DNA of 59,687 nt, filler included, from Catajapyx aquilonaris (lineage: Eukaryota): the NCBI GenBank assembly GCA_000934665.2. It is 3 parts of 3 records of this genome, joined end to end, with 100 filler letters (N's around TTAATTAATTAA, not from the genome) between each part and the next. Parts side by side here need not be neighbours in the genome. Positions count along the whole stretch, not along the records: positions 19,933 to 39,762 come from JYFJ02006385.1; positions 39,863 to 59,687 come from KZ539527.1; 1 more part is not named here. One strand, given 5' to 3'. This document shows, in pieces, positions 33,474 to 45,088 of this stretch; position 1 is the first letter of the stretch; each line of letters begins with the position of its first letter. The position numbers were made by a program, and so were the translations under genes. Under the pieces are notes generated by a model. The model was not told where the DNA came from. It did not search any database and was given only the letters and a program-made list of their open reading frames with translations.

Positions 33474-35078
33474 AGGGTGATTCTCCAAAATTTTACCAAT
33501 ACTACGAGTAGGCTATGTCCAGGCATAATAACTCAAAAATGGCATGACTGGAGAGAGCAGATTTTTTAAACATTATTTTGTAGAAGAAATTGACACCTAG
33601 CCATCCCCATGCAAGGACAATTTATGCAAATTTGTATACACGAATATAGCTCAACCATACATATAAACCTACATTCCACCACTTTTCGGCACCAAAATGT
33701 CATTCCTCGATAAATTATCGGGGGTTTAAAAGTCACTCGCAAATTGGCGGCAAAAACGGGGGCGTGGCCTCTGACCCCAGTGACGTCAGCAGGTCGTTGC
33801 CTCTCGGTCGTTCGATTCGGCTGATTGGCTGATTGGCGGTCGTTCGATTCCGTTGCTAGGCAACAAACAAAGGAACAAAGCAACCATGTTTTTGTTTGTT
33901 TGTTTGTTTGTTGTTGTTGTTGTTGTTTTTTTTGGGGGGGGGGGGCAACAGTGACGTCAGAGGGCAATACGATACCGTATAATTTTTATGATCTTGGATC
34001 GTTCATATCTCGACAACTGATATTTATTTCTTCAAACAAAAAACACCAAAATTCATTTAAAAATAAGGACGATTTTTTTACATGGGTTTGCAAAATGTAG
34101 GCTAGGACCCCATTAAACTATACATTCTTGAAGGTTTGCTTGAAGGTATAAAACAATATTTTAAAACCATTAATCATTTGAAATGAACTTGCTACATCAC
34201 TCCAAAGTGTGTCCCGAGTTTTCGTGTTACTCTCCTGGATCATGCAGGATATTTTTTAAACATTTTGCAATGAAACAAAGGGACTTTTTACTCAGTTATT
34301 TGGCAACACTGCTTCTCCCCATGACACCTTGATTTAACTACAGATTTCTGTGCAAGTAGTACGTCTCCTAGTGGGTTAAAAAAATAAAGGCGTTTTAAAT
34401 TAAGTTACGTAGCACATTTTACGCTCACACTCCTGGCTCACTATTCTACTGGCATATAATAAGTCTAATATTTTGAAATAACTGTTATTTCATGGAATGA
34501 AGGGACCTCATCACCTGACAGAAATTTCTAGAGTCAACGTTTGTCATGAGCCGTGATATTAATCCTAATGCATCCAAAGGTCATTCTTCCTGCTCCCAAA
34601 CTCCTGGCATTAATATTTAATAATGTTAATATATAATTTTTAACAAAATTATCGTTCTTGAACAAGATGCGACTCAAAAAAATGGCCATCATCAACTAGC
34701 GTCTGAAAAATTTATATTAAAATTCCGGCAGCTATTTAGTGCCTGCTGTGGCCATTTCAAGTGCAAAAAAAATTGCAAATTCTCGACTTTTGAGCCCAGG
34801 TTTTCACTACTTGGGGGACGAATATTTAAAAACTGAGTGTCGCTTTTTGATCTAATATTATGAGGAACTATGTCCAATAAAAATTATTGCAGTTAACTGC
34901 AAAATCAATCCTGCATGGAAGGTTTCAACCACTTTAGAATAAATTATGAGAGTTACGTCCCTCTATTTTCCCCTTGTTTGTGACCTCTAAGTGTGAATAT
35001 CTTTTCCTAATTTTTAAAACTAGTTTTGAAATTCATTAATTTTTGCTTTGAAACTGGTAAGATTTTGGAGAATCACCC
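33474..35078. mobile_element. Old mariner-like element with internal insertions
   Basis: AGGGTGATTCTCCAAAATTTTACCA vs TGGTAAGATTTTGGAGAATCACCC. Confidence 0.5.
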
Positions 35079-35713
35079 ATAAACACTTAAAAGTTGCAGT
35101 GTGTTCCAATTAAGGTGTAAATTTCATTTAGAAATTTTTCGCTCTGCAAGGCGAGCTTGAGCTACAGTTAAAAATATATCCATGAGCTTATAATCTTGGC
35201 AGCAGTCAAGAGATGCTGCTACCTGTCCAAAAACGCAGAAATTAGAATGGTTAGAGGGATATCAGTGATATTGGATCATATATTGGATCATCTCATATTA
35301 TAACCTTACTTCTGTTTCCCTGAACCCCGACCCCGTATTTTTGTGAATTTACAGCGCGTCGCCGGCGCGTCTCGATAATCCGAACTAAACGGGAGCTAGA
35401 GGTGACTGGATAATGATTTTCAAAAAAACAATGAGGAGTGGGGGTGGGAGTAGGGTATAAAAGGCACAACAGTGGATGCTAATAATGAAAGTGCATGTTA
35501 ATTCCAGTTTTCAAATCAGGCTCATTAATCCCTACAGTATCTAGGTACAGTCGTACAGACCATTACTGAAACTGAAACTCGCACTGATAGAAAGCTGCAC
35601 TATGCGTTTTCACATACAGACCACCTGTCCAGCAGTCGTAAATGACATAGGCCTATCTTGTGTATGTGTTAGGCTCAAACCCCTAGCGGCCATTGGGCGA
35701 GAAAAAGGCCACA

Positions 35714-35865
35714 CTGCAGAATGCTCTATTATACGCCAAACCATCCATTCCGCAGAATGGATGGAGCATTCTGCAGAATGCTCAATGTCAAACCGTCAAT
35801 TCTGCAGAATGCTCCATCCATTCTGCGGAATGGATGGTTTGACATGGAGCATTCTGCAGTATGCA
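35714..35865. repeat. Array of nested palindromes (CATTCTGCAGAATG / CCATCCATTCyGCrGAATGGATGG)
   Basis: About six copies of the self-complementary core in ~150 bp. Confidence 0.85.
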
Positions 35866-36149
35866 GATTAGCTTTATAAAACGAGACCATTGCCAGCTCT
35901 GTATCTGGAACGGTTCTCCTGGAAAATCGTATTTAAAGGTTTGTCGGTGAGCGGTTTTGGGGGGAGGTTTTGCAATTATTGAACATTCCAAAACTCAAAA
36001 ACTGATGACAGGAAAATTTTTAAAAATATATTTTTGTCCATGTCAGATGGGAAGGAACAGGTATCCCAAAAATTAGCCAAATCCATGACATCAAAATCCG
36101 AAACTTATTATTTTTCTCAGTGATGATTTGACATGGAATGACCCACTTC

Positions 36150-36480
36150 TACATGAGTTACATTTTTCCAACCGCATTCATAGTGTTTTCCATGAACGTG
36201 TAATTATAGATGATATTATTTGTAAAATATATTGTCCTTATCTTCAGAGTAAGGGCGAGCGAAAATGTACTGTAGGCGCTGGCAGTACAGGCACTCTGCA
36301 GTCTTCTTTTTGAAAATTAATTTAGGGAATTCTAGACGAGGAAAATTCTTCCAAACGCATTCATGTTTTCCCTGAACGGGTAAATATAGCTGTTATTATT
36401 TGCAAAATATCCTGTCCGTATCTTTAGAGTAGGCGTAAACTAAAATCTATGCGTTTTTGTCCTAGATGGTAGCGAAGGGG
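36150..36480. mobile_element. piggyBac-like right end with duplicated subterminal block
   Basis: Ends GGTAGCGAAGGGG|TTAA and resembles 9575-9713. Confidence 0.65.
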
Positions 36481-38680
36481 TTAATGAGGACGATCATGCG
36501 GTAATAATTTGCAGTGGTTATACGCTTGCGTATACTGTATTCTGACACATTGCAGGGTTAGGGTTATGCTGCTATGTCGCTCCAATTCCCCCCCCCNCCC
36601 CCCTAATTTTTTTCTCTCTCCCTACCACCCCCTCTCACCTGCCACCCGCCTACCATTCCAGCTCCGCCACTTTGTTGCCCTTAGTGACGCTTATGGACCC
36701 TTTTTAAATTTTTAATTTATTTTTGCATACGCGAGAGAGTATAACTTACGCTACATAACATGATGTGTGTGGGTGTGTCAGGATCATTACCTCTCCTTTC
36801 TGCAATCCACACACTATGCACCGAGCTTCCGGCTTCGTTACGGAGATAATACAATTTTATGTTTAGATTCGTCCATCCTGCGATTTATGCCATCCTTTTA
36901 CCACTACTGCTACATGGGTCGTATGACTCGCAGGATAACCCAATAATCCACGTGTCTGACGCCACTAAACCTTACTATAATTGTCTTCGCGTCAAGTAGT
37001 GTGATTTCGTCTTCAACTGTATAATTATCCGAGATGTAGTGCGCGCGCCAATTTTTCAGCACCCTGTATTCTTTTAAAAATTAGTACATATGCAGCACAC
37101 ATTCATCATTATAATAATTATATTCCCCACTACAAAATTGACGTTCCAATGTCACTTGCGGTATTTCCGTTGTCAGTCGAACTACCCCTACTTCGTTTAC
37201 ACGGTCGAGGTGCCCTATTAAGTTATATAGCAACGTATATTCGACCACCTGGGAGTAACTTAATTGGGCCATAGTCCATAGGGATATTCACACAAATGGT
37301 AATCTCGGGGATTTCATTAAGAAAAGGGAAAGAAATCCTCTCGTTAACCCAACGTTGGTAGTCCGACATCCTGAAAACATTTATTGGATTGGAAATATTT
37401 AATGCCGATGGACCAAGTGCGTTGAAAAGAAAGAGAGGTCGCGTCGTATAAAAAAGGCAAAGTATTATGCCATGACTCGCTATAGTATACTGTATACTCT
37501 GTAGTATCAAAATGTGCTTTCATGCTAAATACCAGGTGCATACAGTCCCGGAACCACTAACTCGAACAGCCCTCTTATTAACAAAACACAGCTTAGTCTG
37601 GAGAGTACTCAATATGAATCCCCCCCCCCCGAATACGTGTGTAAAGGATCCCTGTCAGGATTGCTTATCCTGGGACCGTGCACAATTTTTAGCGAAAGTT
37701 TTTCCTAATAATGTAAAATGAAAAAATGAAATAGCTTTGTTTTGCCTAATATAATGTTTATTCCGGTATTGCGGAAATGTTCATTTGAAATTCGCGATTT
37801 TGCCTGATTAAAATTCGCCCGAGGAAACCCCAGTTTGCATGTAACTTTTGTACCAATATAAAAATAACGCCCGATTTTCACATATCGTTCACTAAATGAT
37901 TTTTGCAATACTGGTTATACAGGATGAGACCCCCTCCAAATATCGTAATAATGAAAACTCTGATTTTGTATACTATATTATTTTCATGAAATCCAGTTTT
38001 AGTGAACAATTGGCAATTCAAAAAATCAGACATTGCCATAAGAATTTAAAACGAAAATGATCTCTGGTTAGAGGCATCTCCTTGCGCCAATTTAAAAGAT
38101 GGGGGGAAAACACTTGAAAAAAATATATAAAATTGCGGATTGCAAATGTGTTTTCGACTATACCGGAATAGACAGAGCAAACGTGATTTTCATCCCCCCC
38201 TCCCCCTCCCCAATCTTACGTTGTTACGAATAATTTACCGGTACACTAAAATAGTGAAGGTTCGGGGAAGGGGGCGGCGGCGGCTCATGTGTGGGTGCGT
38301 GCAGGGGTGCGTGTCAGAGTCTGTGCTCTTTTGATGACCTGAAAGGGGAAGGGGGGGGGGGGTCCCCAATAGATGACATTGTAGTATGACGAGGGGGTAA
38401 GCCGGACGCTCATGGTGCCCAACCCGCCCCTGCCATTCGCGACTGCTTGGCCCACAGGTGATTAAATTGTGCTCTATCCCATACCCGCCATACGAGCTGT
38501 CCATTTCTACCTCAACGGGAGGCAGGCATGTGAATGCCCCTCCCTCTCTCCCAGCTAACCTTATTTGACACCATTACATTCCTGATGGTGGAAATGAACA
38601 AGTCCGGAGTTTACGACAAAAAAAATACGAGATTCATTATGATTCACCCGAGATTCAATGTCCGATTGCATTATTTACTA

Positions 38681-38916
38681 CTAGCTGGGGCACCTGGCGT
38701 TGCCCGGGAAGAAAGGAATGAAGGGAAAACACATGCCAGTACCCCCGTCAACTGTCTGTCTTTCTGTGTGTCCGCCCACTAATGCCATCTGTGGTTCTGC
38801 TACTCCAACACCTCCATCCTCTCCCGGCTTGGGGGTGGACCGCAAATGGCAGGCAAATGACGGTTGGCAGGCGGACAGACAGACAGACTCACAAACGGCT
38901 TTATTTATATAGAAGA
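38681..38916 (-). mobile_element. Non-autonomous Helitron
   Basis: Minus strand begins A|TCTTCTATATAAATAAA, carries (CTGT)n, and ends with hairpin CCGGGCAACGCCAGG then CTAG|T; no TSD. Confidence 0.8.
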
Positions 38917-39053
38917 TCTGAGTGTCACGTTACCCTCATCCTATCTCTTCGCCGAAGAGATAGGATGAGGGTAACGTCACTAACGTGACACTCAGATTGG
39001 TAGTGCATTGCGGGTTGCTCCGAAGAGTCTTCGGAGCAACCCGCAATGCACTA
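38916..39053. repeat. Two adjacent perfect inverted repeats
   Basis: 24-bp arms at 38927-38950 and 38954-38977, with outer 17-bp arms at 38916-38932 and 38981-38997. 26-bp arms at 39001-39026 and 39028-39053. Confidence 0.95.
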
Positions 39054-39762
39054 ATCCCGACTGCCGCGCGGCCTTTCCACCTTCCCGTTGACGGCAACCC
39101 ATCCGCCAATTCGCAAACATCCGCAAAATCCAGAACCCATATTTCGGCCCACAAAATTTTTCGCAAATTATAACCTAGTTCCAATTTCGACCAAAATGCC
39201 CATGTAAAAAGTGCTTCCCGCCACCGGATGTTTTCAGCCCAATAGAATTTTCGCAATCCATCAGCCCCTGAACATCCACCATAATGAATGGCCCGGTATA
39301 GTAATGAGCAAGAGGTTAATGGCCGTGGATTCAGAAAAGAGGAGGAGGAGTGGGGAGGTGGTGGTAGCGGGAGCAGTGTTGGGGGCAAGAAGGGCTCAAG
39401 AGGCTGCTTCTAATTGCCTACTGCGCTCCCCCGGCCTCCCTCCAGCCCATCCACCCGCCATCCCCCTTCAACCCCCCCCCCCCTCGCGTTTTCGCCCACC
39501 CACCCCACAAGAGGGAGAGAGGGGATGGGTGGGAAGTTGTGGGGAATGTAGGGGGATGGCTTGGGGGCGGTGGGGTGGAGTGGCAGCCAGGCGGGGGGAA
39601 TGGGGAAGGCAGTCGGGAGGAAGGAAGCAGAGGCGAGTCAGTCGTGAGACCGGACTCGGAGTGATCCCCACGTTGTGTTTTTTTAAGGGGGTGGTGCTTG
39701 AACACCCCTGTAGAGGGTGGTTGTGTAGGGGGTGCGTTTTTTTTTTTTTGGCGCTCCCCCCC

Positions 39763-39862
39763 NNNNNNNNNNNNNNNNNNNNNNNNNNNNNNNNNNNNNN
39801 NNNNNNTTAATTAATTAANNNNNNNNNNNNNNNNNNNNNNNNNNNNNNNNNNNNNNNNNNNN
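39763..39862. other. Artificial assembly spacer (N44-TTAATTAATTAA-N44)
   Basis: Identical to 19833-19932. Confidence 0.95.
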
Positions 39863-42800
39863 CTGTAAATATGGATGACAACACCGCCTTTTCCCCCACC
39901 TCCAACCTGATTATGCTGGATGTCACACCGCAATTTTTGACAAATCCGTCGTGTTCAACCCCTACCGTTGAAGTTGAGGAACAAACTTAGGAGGGGTCCA
40001 AGTTTCTACTCGTGAAAAGTAAAAAGCATGTAATATGGAAGCGAGACGCCTAGTAATCCTCCAGCTAATGAAATCTGCGAGAAAGAAGGTAGGAAACAGG
40101 AGCAGACCTTACCGAGAGAGAGAAAAAAAAGGAAGGCTTGGCATGATAAGCTACTTTCAGGGGGAAAGCAATCAAAGGCTTCGTCTGCGACGGAGGATCA
40201 ATCACCCAGAAGATCAATCGAAAGAGGTCCGCTTGTTTATTCAGTTGTACCCCCGACCATCGCATGGATCCGGGGATGATCCCGGAAAGAGGAGGGGAAA
40301 TGCCAATGTTCCGGGTCAAAGGAGAAGGGGAGGGCCTGGGGTCGAATATCAAAAGGAGGTGGAGGAGCATCTCATCTACTGAAGGGAAGTACCGGGGAGA
40401 TGCGTGTGACCTGGTATACACTGCATGAATTATTTAGGGGGCCACCTTCCCGCAAAATATTTGTGGAAATATTTAGTAGCGGACTCCATCAGAGACTCGG
40501 GCCACGGAAGCAGTAGGGGGGGGGGGGGGGTCGGGGGAGGGGGTCTCAATTATTAATCCTAATTATCGGATTAAGTACAGTGGAGGCTGCTAATGAATCT
40601 TGGAGGGCAACGGCGTCGGGGGCCGGCAATTGAAATTAATGCTGCTGCGCTGGTGGCCATCCACAATTTATCAGACGTACGGCGGAGGAATTTGGGTATA
40701 TGTGCTGCTGGGATGTATAGGGTGGGGCTATGCACAGGCGACCAAGTCAATCGAAAATCAATTCGTCGACATCCCTAACCCCTGTTCAGCCTTCGGCGAA
40801 TCAAAGTGCCGGCCGGCCTGCATGCATGTATTCAGACAGTTCAATATACGGGTGTTCTTTAACACTTCAGCCTTAGGGGTGGAATAAGGGTGTGGCATAC
40901 AAGGTATTTTGACTCTTAAGTGACGTCGTATATTGCGGCTGGCAGCTCGAATTAAGTGAGAATTTGGTGGAAAAACGTTCAATGAAGGGAGTGGCTTAGC
41001 AAGTGTCACGTGCCACTTGCTGAACCTAACCAGCTGGCGAAGTACTGTACAGTAGTTCAAAATTTACCCCAAAGCTATTGAACCTGCAACTGAATTATCC
41101 GAGGTAGTTAGCCCAAACTTTATCACTTAGCCTGTTTTTTTTATTAATTAAGAGGCTGCTTGCAGGTTAGGAAATACTTGCTAACATTATATGCCTGGAC
41201 ACAAGGCTCCATGATTGCGACCCAGTCAGCCCAATGTTACCAGAAGGTGGCCACCATCAGCAGCCAGAACTTTTCCCTTCCCGGTTGGTTCCATCAAAGT
41301 GGAGGAAAAGTGCTCTTGTTGCTATCCTGGCTGCTGCTGCCGCCTTTGGTTGAGTGAGTGGCTCTTCATCAAGGTTGTCAAGGGAGCCTATCAATTCGGC
41401 CCATTTCTCCCGGCTAATCATTTTCAACCGTTGCACTCGCTCACTCAGTCTTCCCTCCCCAAAATCTCTCTCCGATGATTAATGAACCCGCGGTTCTAAT
41501 CCGGAAAGTAACTCGCCTTCTCTTGTCTTACCTCCCACCCTCCTCCTTCCACCCCGCCCCCTCTTTCAAACTGTACAAGCTGCATGATTATTTTACACCC
41601 AAGATTTTCATTACTCATCCTCCAGGATTCACGACATTTCATCTCTTACCCTTTCATGTTGCCAGGCCAGGGTTATTCACATGATAATCCAATGTACGCA
41701 TATGTGCCAACACTTTCTCATTAGGTAAAATAAGATGTAAGTGGACCTATGGGAGGTAAAAAAATATATATAGGGGTGGAACTTGATGAATTGAATTTGC
41801 AGTTGCCTGACGAGCATTAAGCTGGAAGCCTCGGAAATTTCCGGGACGCTGACGAAACGCACACTTGTGTGTGGTGCCACATGTGCTCAAGCGCGCGGAA
41901 AATCTGGCCTCCAGAAAATGACGAATCCCATTTGAGGATGGGGCAGAGTAGGCCTACAGCTGAGTGAACCGGTCCAGATGAGCTCCTCGCAGGAATGGGG
42001 CTTCAGGAATGCTCGACCATGGGAGGGGAAAACGGGGAAAAGGATGCTGCAAGTCCGGTTGCCGATGGAATTTCTTGGCCCGCACTTTGTCTTCCTCCGG
42101 CCGTCCGGTGCCCACCCTCCACCCCCGCATCCTTCTTCCAACCCTTCCCAACTCCTTTCGAGCTCGAAATTGGCTACCTCAAGACCCTACCCTGGAAAAG
42201 CTATTCTTCGGAGCGATTGCTAAACAACTCGTTTCCACTCGTCCATTCAATCATTTACATTTAGAGCCAGAAAAAAAAAATCGCTATTGCTTAAAGAGGA
42301 TGTAAGCTAAGCGGGCGCATAACTATGATAAAGTGAAAGGGAGGTTTTCTTGGATTTGTTAAACTGTTAGTCACAATTTTAGAGGCTATGCAGAAAGGCA
42401 ACGTTAATAACTGTTAATCTTGGTGCCTTAACCGCGGTGTTGTAAATCACTCGGAGTGAATTAAATATCCTGGAAGACTCCGCGTGGGAATCAGATAATA
42501 TAGCCCACCCCCCAGACTCCTCCACCCAACCCAACTCCCACCCCTCCTGGCCCTTCCCCACTTTCTCCTTTAGCGGGCCAAAGCCACACAGACACGCAAA
42601 CTTACTTTCTCTAAAACCAGTCCTTGCCTCATCCAGAGGGCCTACTGTACGAAACCAATTTCCCCTTGGCTACAAGAGAAGCAGCACTGAATTTAAGGGA
42701 AAACGAGGTCCTTAACTAATAATATTCCTTTCAAGGGTATCATTAGAAGCCATCCGTCAAGTTCCACTCCCACTCAATTACTACCCACAGAGTAGTCCAT

Positions 42801-43723
42801 GTAAAACCTACAACAAGTCCTTAGGGTGTTGCTGATAATGCCCCAATAATGATTCTCCCATTTACAAATATTTCAACGCCCCTGCATATGTCGCACAAAT
42901 TGCCGAACAACATGAAAAAAATTAACGTAGCAGCAAGGAATGTTACCCTCCAGCTAGCAGCTTTGATTCCTGAACGGTGATTGGACTTGAAAAGAATCCC
43001 AGCACATGTTCAAGTGGGCACGCGGGGCACTAATTACTTGCGGCAAGTGGATGTCTCGCGACATGCCAAGAAGCCGACACCTCCACACAATCTCCGGATT
43101 CAATGACTATACAGAGGGGTTGGCTGTGATCAAATCCCCCCTCATGCAATGACCTTCTTCAACCGTCCTGGAGGGAGGCTGCAGGGTTGGAGGCAGCAGA
43201 CAGGCAGGGCCCAACGGCTATTTGCATTGAGCACGCGCCGAGAAAATTGCCACACGATCGAGTTATTCATAGCCAAATGCAATTCCGGCCTTTAGCCCTC
43301 CCCCACAACCCGGCCCAAAACTCATTACCACAGATGGAATCTCATCTGCTGCTCAATCTGCGTGCGGTTTATCTCCCCATCCGCCCTGCCTCCCACCCAC
43401 CCCCACCTAGAAGGCACAAGAAGCACATAATTCTGCACATTCCTCTCACATTGTGCCCCTTTCCTCATCCAGCTTCACGCATCACACAAATCCCATCCAC
43501 CTACCCCCTACCTCCCCCATTTTCCACCCAAATACGTAATCATCCGGGCTCCGAAACTCACTCCAGGCTTCCCCACAAGATTATTACCCAGTACCGACTA
43601 ACTATCTATTCATCTGCATCTCTCGATAGCAGGCAAAGAGGGAGATCTCAGCCACTAATTAGTGCACATATAAGGCCACCAATCCTAATCTAGCCAGATA
43701 ACCCCCACTGGAATCGTACTCAC

Positions 43724-43895
43724 CTTTGCTGAGGCCAGTGACTTTGTCCCTAAGAACGTTGATTTGGTAGACCTTCCCGTACTCCTCGAACATCTTGCGA
43801 AGGTCGTTCTCGTCCATGGAACGAGGAATCTGGCCGACGAACATCTTTATGGCATCAGAATCAGGTTGGTCAGTGTTTGTCATATTGGAGTTCAT
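43724..43895 (-). CDS. bruno / CELF1-2 (CUGBP) family RNA-binding protein, exon encoding the first half of RRM1
   Basis: ttccag|A ATG acceptor, G|GTGAGT donor. [48 protein letters not shown] matches bruno-type RRM1. The exact paralogue cannot be assigned. Confidence 0.93.
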
Positions 43896-44072
43896 TCTGG
43901 AAATAAGAATATAATTTTAATTCAAGATCACTCGGACCGATGGTATGTGATCTTAACCAAGCATGAGGTAGTGTTATCAAGGGGTTATTCACTAGTGAGG
44001 GTGGGACTGGGGTGATTGGCTTTTGATTGTTTTTACCTTTTCGTGCTGTAGTATCCAGTATAGTATATATTT

Positions 44073-44163
44073 ATCCCCTAGACGAGGATATAGGAGGAGG
44101 ATATAGGAGGATATACGTAGGAGGAGGAAGATATAGGTTATAGGCGGACATAGGAGGAGGATG
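44073..44163. repeat. Degenerate (GAGGATATAGGAG)n purine-rich tandem repeat
   Basis: Visible directly in the sequence. Confidence 0.75.
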
Positions 44164-44482
44164 GAAAAGATTTCGAACTTCCCGGCGTCACAGAGAGCTC
44201 GGAGTACCCCCGTTGGATTTCTTACCCACGAATTAGTGTAGCGAAAAATCCTCATAATCGCAAAATTCCCCAGAAATTCCCAGCCGTTTTCGAGATATTA
44301 CCAAAAATCGAATTATTTTATGCCCGGCCTTTCCCAGATGGTCGTTAAGCCCGGGAGAACAGTAGCCCATCCACCCCTCTCCACCCGCTCACATCTGTAC
44401 CACTCTCGACTCAAACCGTCCGTTTGAATGATACGTCAGAGACGCGTTCGGATGGTCTTCACCTGTAGTGGTGACATATCGG

Positions 44483-45088
44483 TGGTGGCTGTTTAGTCAC
44501 CGGATAAGCCCTCCCTCCGACCAATTTTCGCGTAAAAGCACGTGCTGTGTTCGCATCGGAGAGTGACGGTCGTGGGGGCAACCTGGTGCACCTGCACTGG
44601 GCCTCGCATAGTTACGGAGACCGACGGGCACCTGCCCGGGACCCGACCAATTCGTGCCGAAGGCGCGCAAGGAGCGAAGCGAGATTACCTGATATACAGT
44701 CAGGTACAACGATACGGTCACGAGTGACGGGATGACTGGGAGTGACTTGGGGGCGACTGGGAGTGGGACTGGGGAAATTGTGTATATACACCATACTGGG
44801 GAAGTGACTAACCCCTCGAGTGTGCTCCTAACGACTGGTCCCGCCATCTGTCAGCTAATAGCCGGAAATCCACAACTTTTCAACAACTTTTGATGAGCGT
44901 CGGAGATCCAAGTAGTACCACCCCCAATTTTCCGCACACAAAGATCCAACATGGTGCAAGTGCTCCCCCATCTCACATATCCGTCCCGCAGATGAATCCA
45001 GCTAATGGCACTGGTCAGCCCCTCCTCCCCTAATCCCCTCCAGGAAACCCCGATCATTCCCTCTCTCTGAGGGGGGGGAACTGTCACA
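44483..45088. mobile_element. Probable solo LTR
   Basis: TG...CA termini (TGGTGGC ... TGTCACA), 606 bp, CpG-rich, flanked by direct repeat TATCGG. Confidence 0.55.

Noticed and set aside
39211..39810. 199-aa ORF and G-quadruplex-like tracts
   Set aside because: Low-complexity G/C sequence running into an assembly gap.
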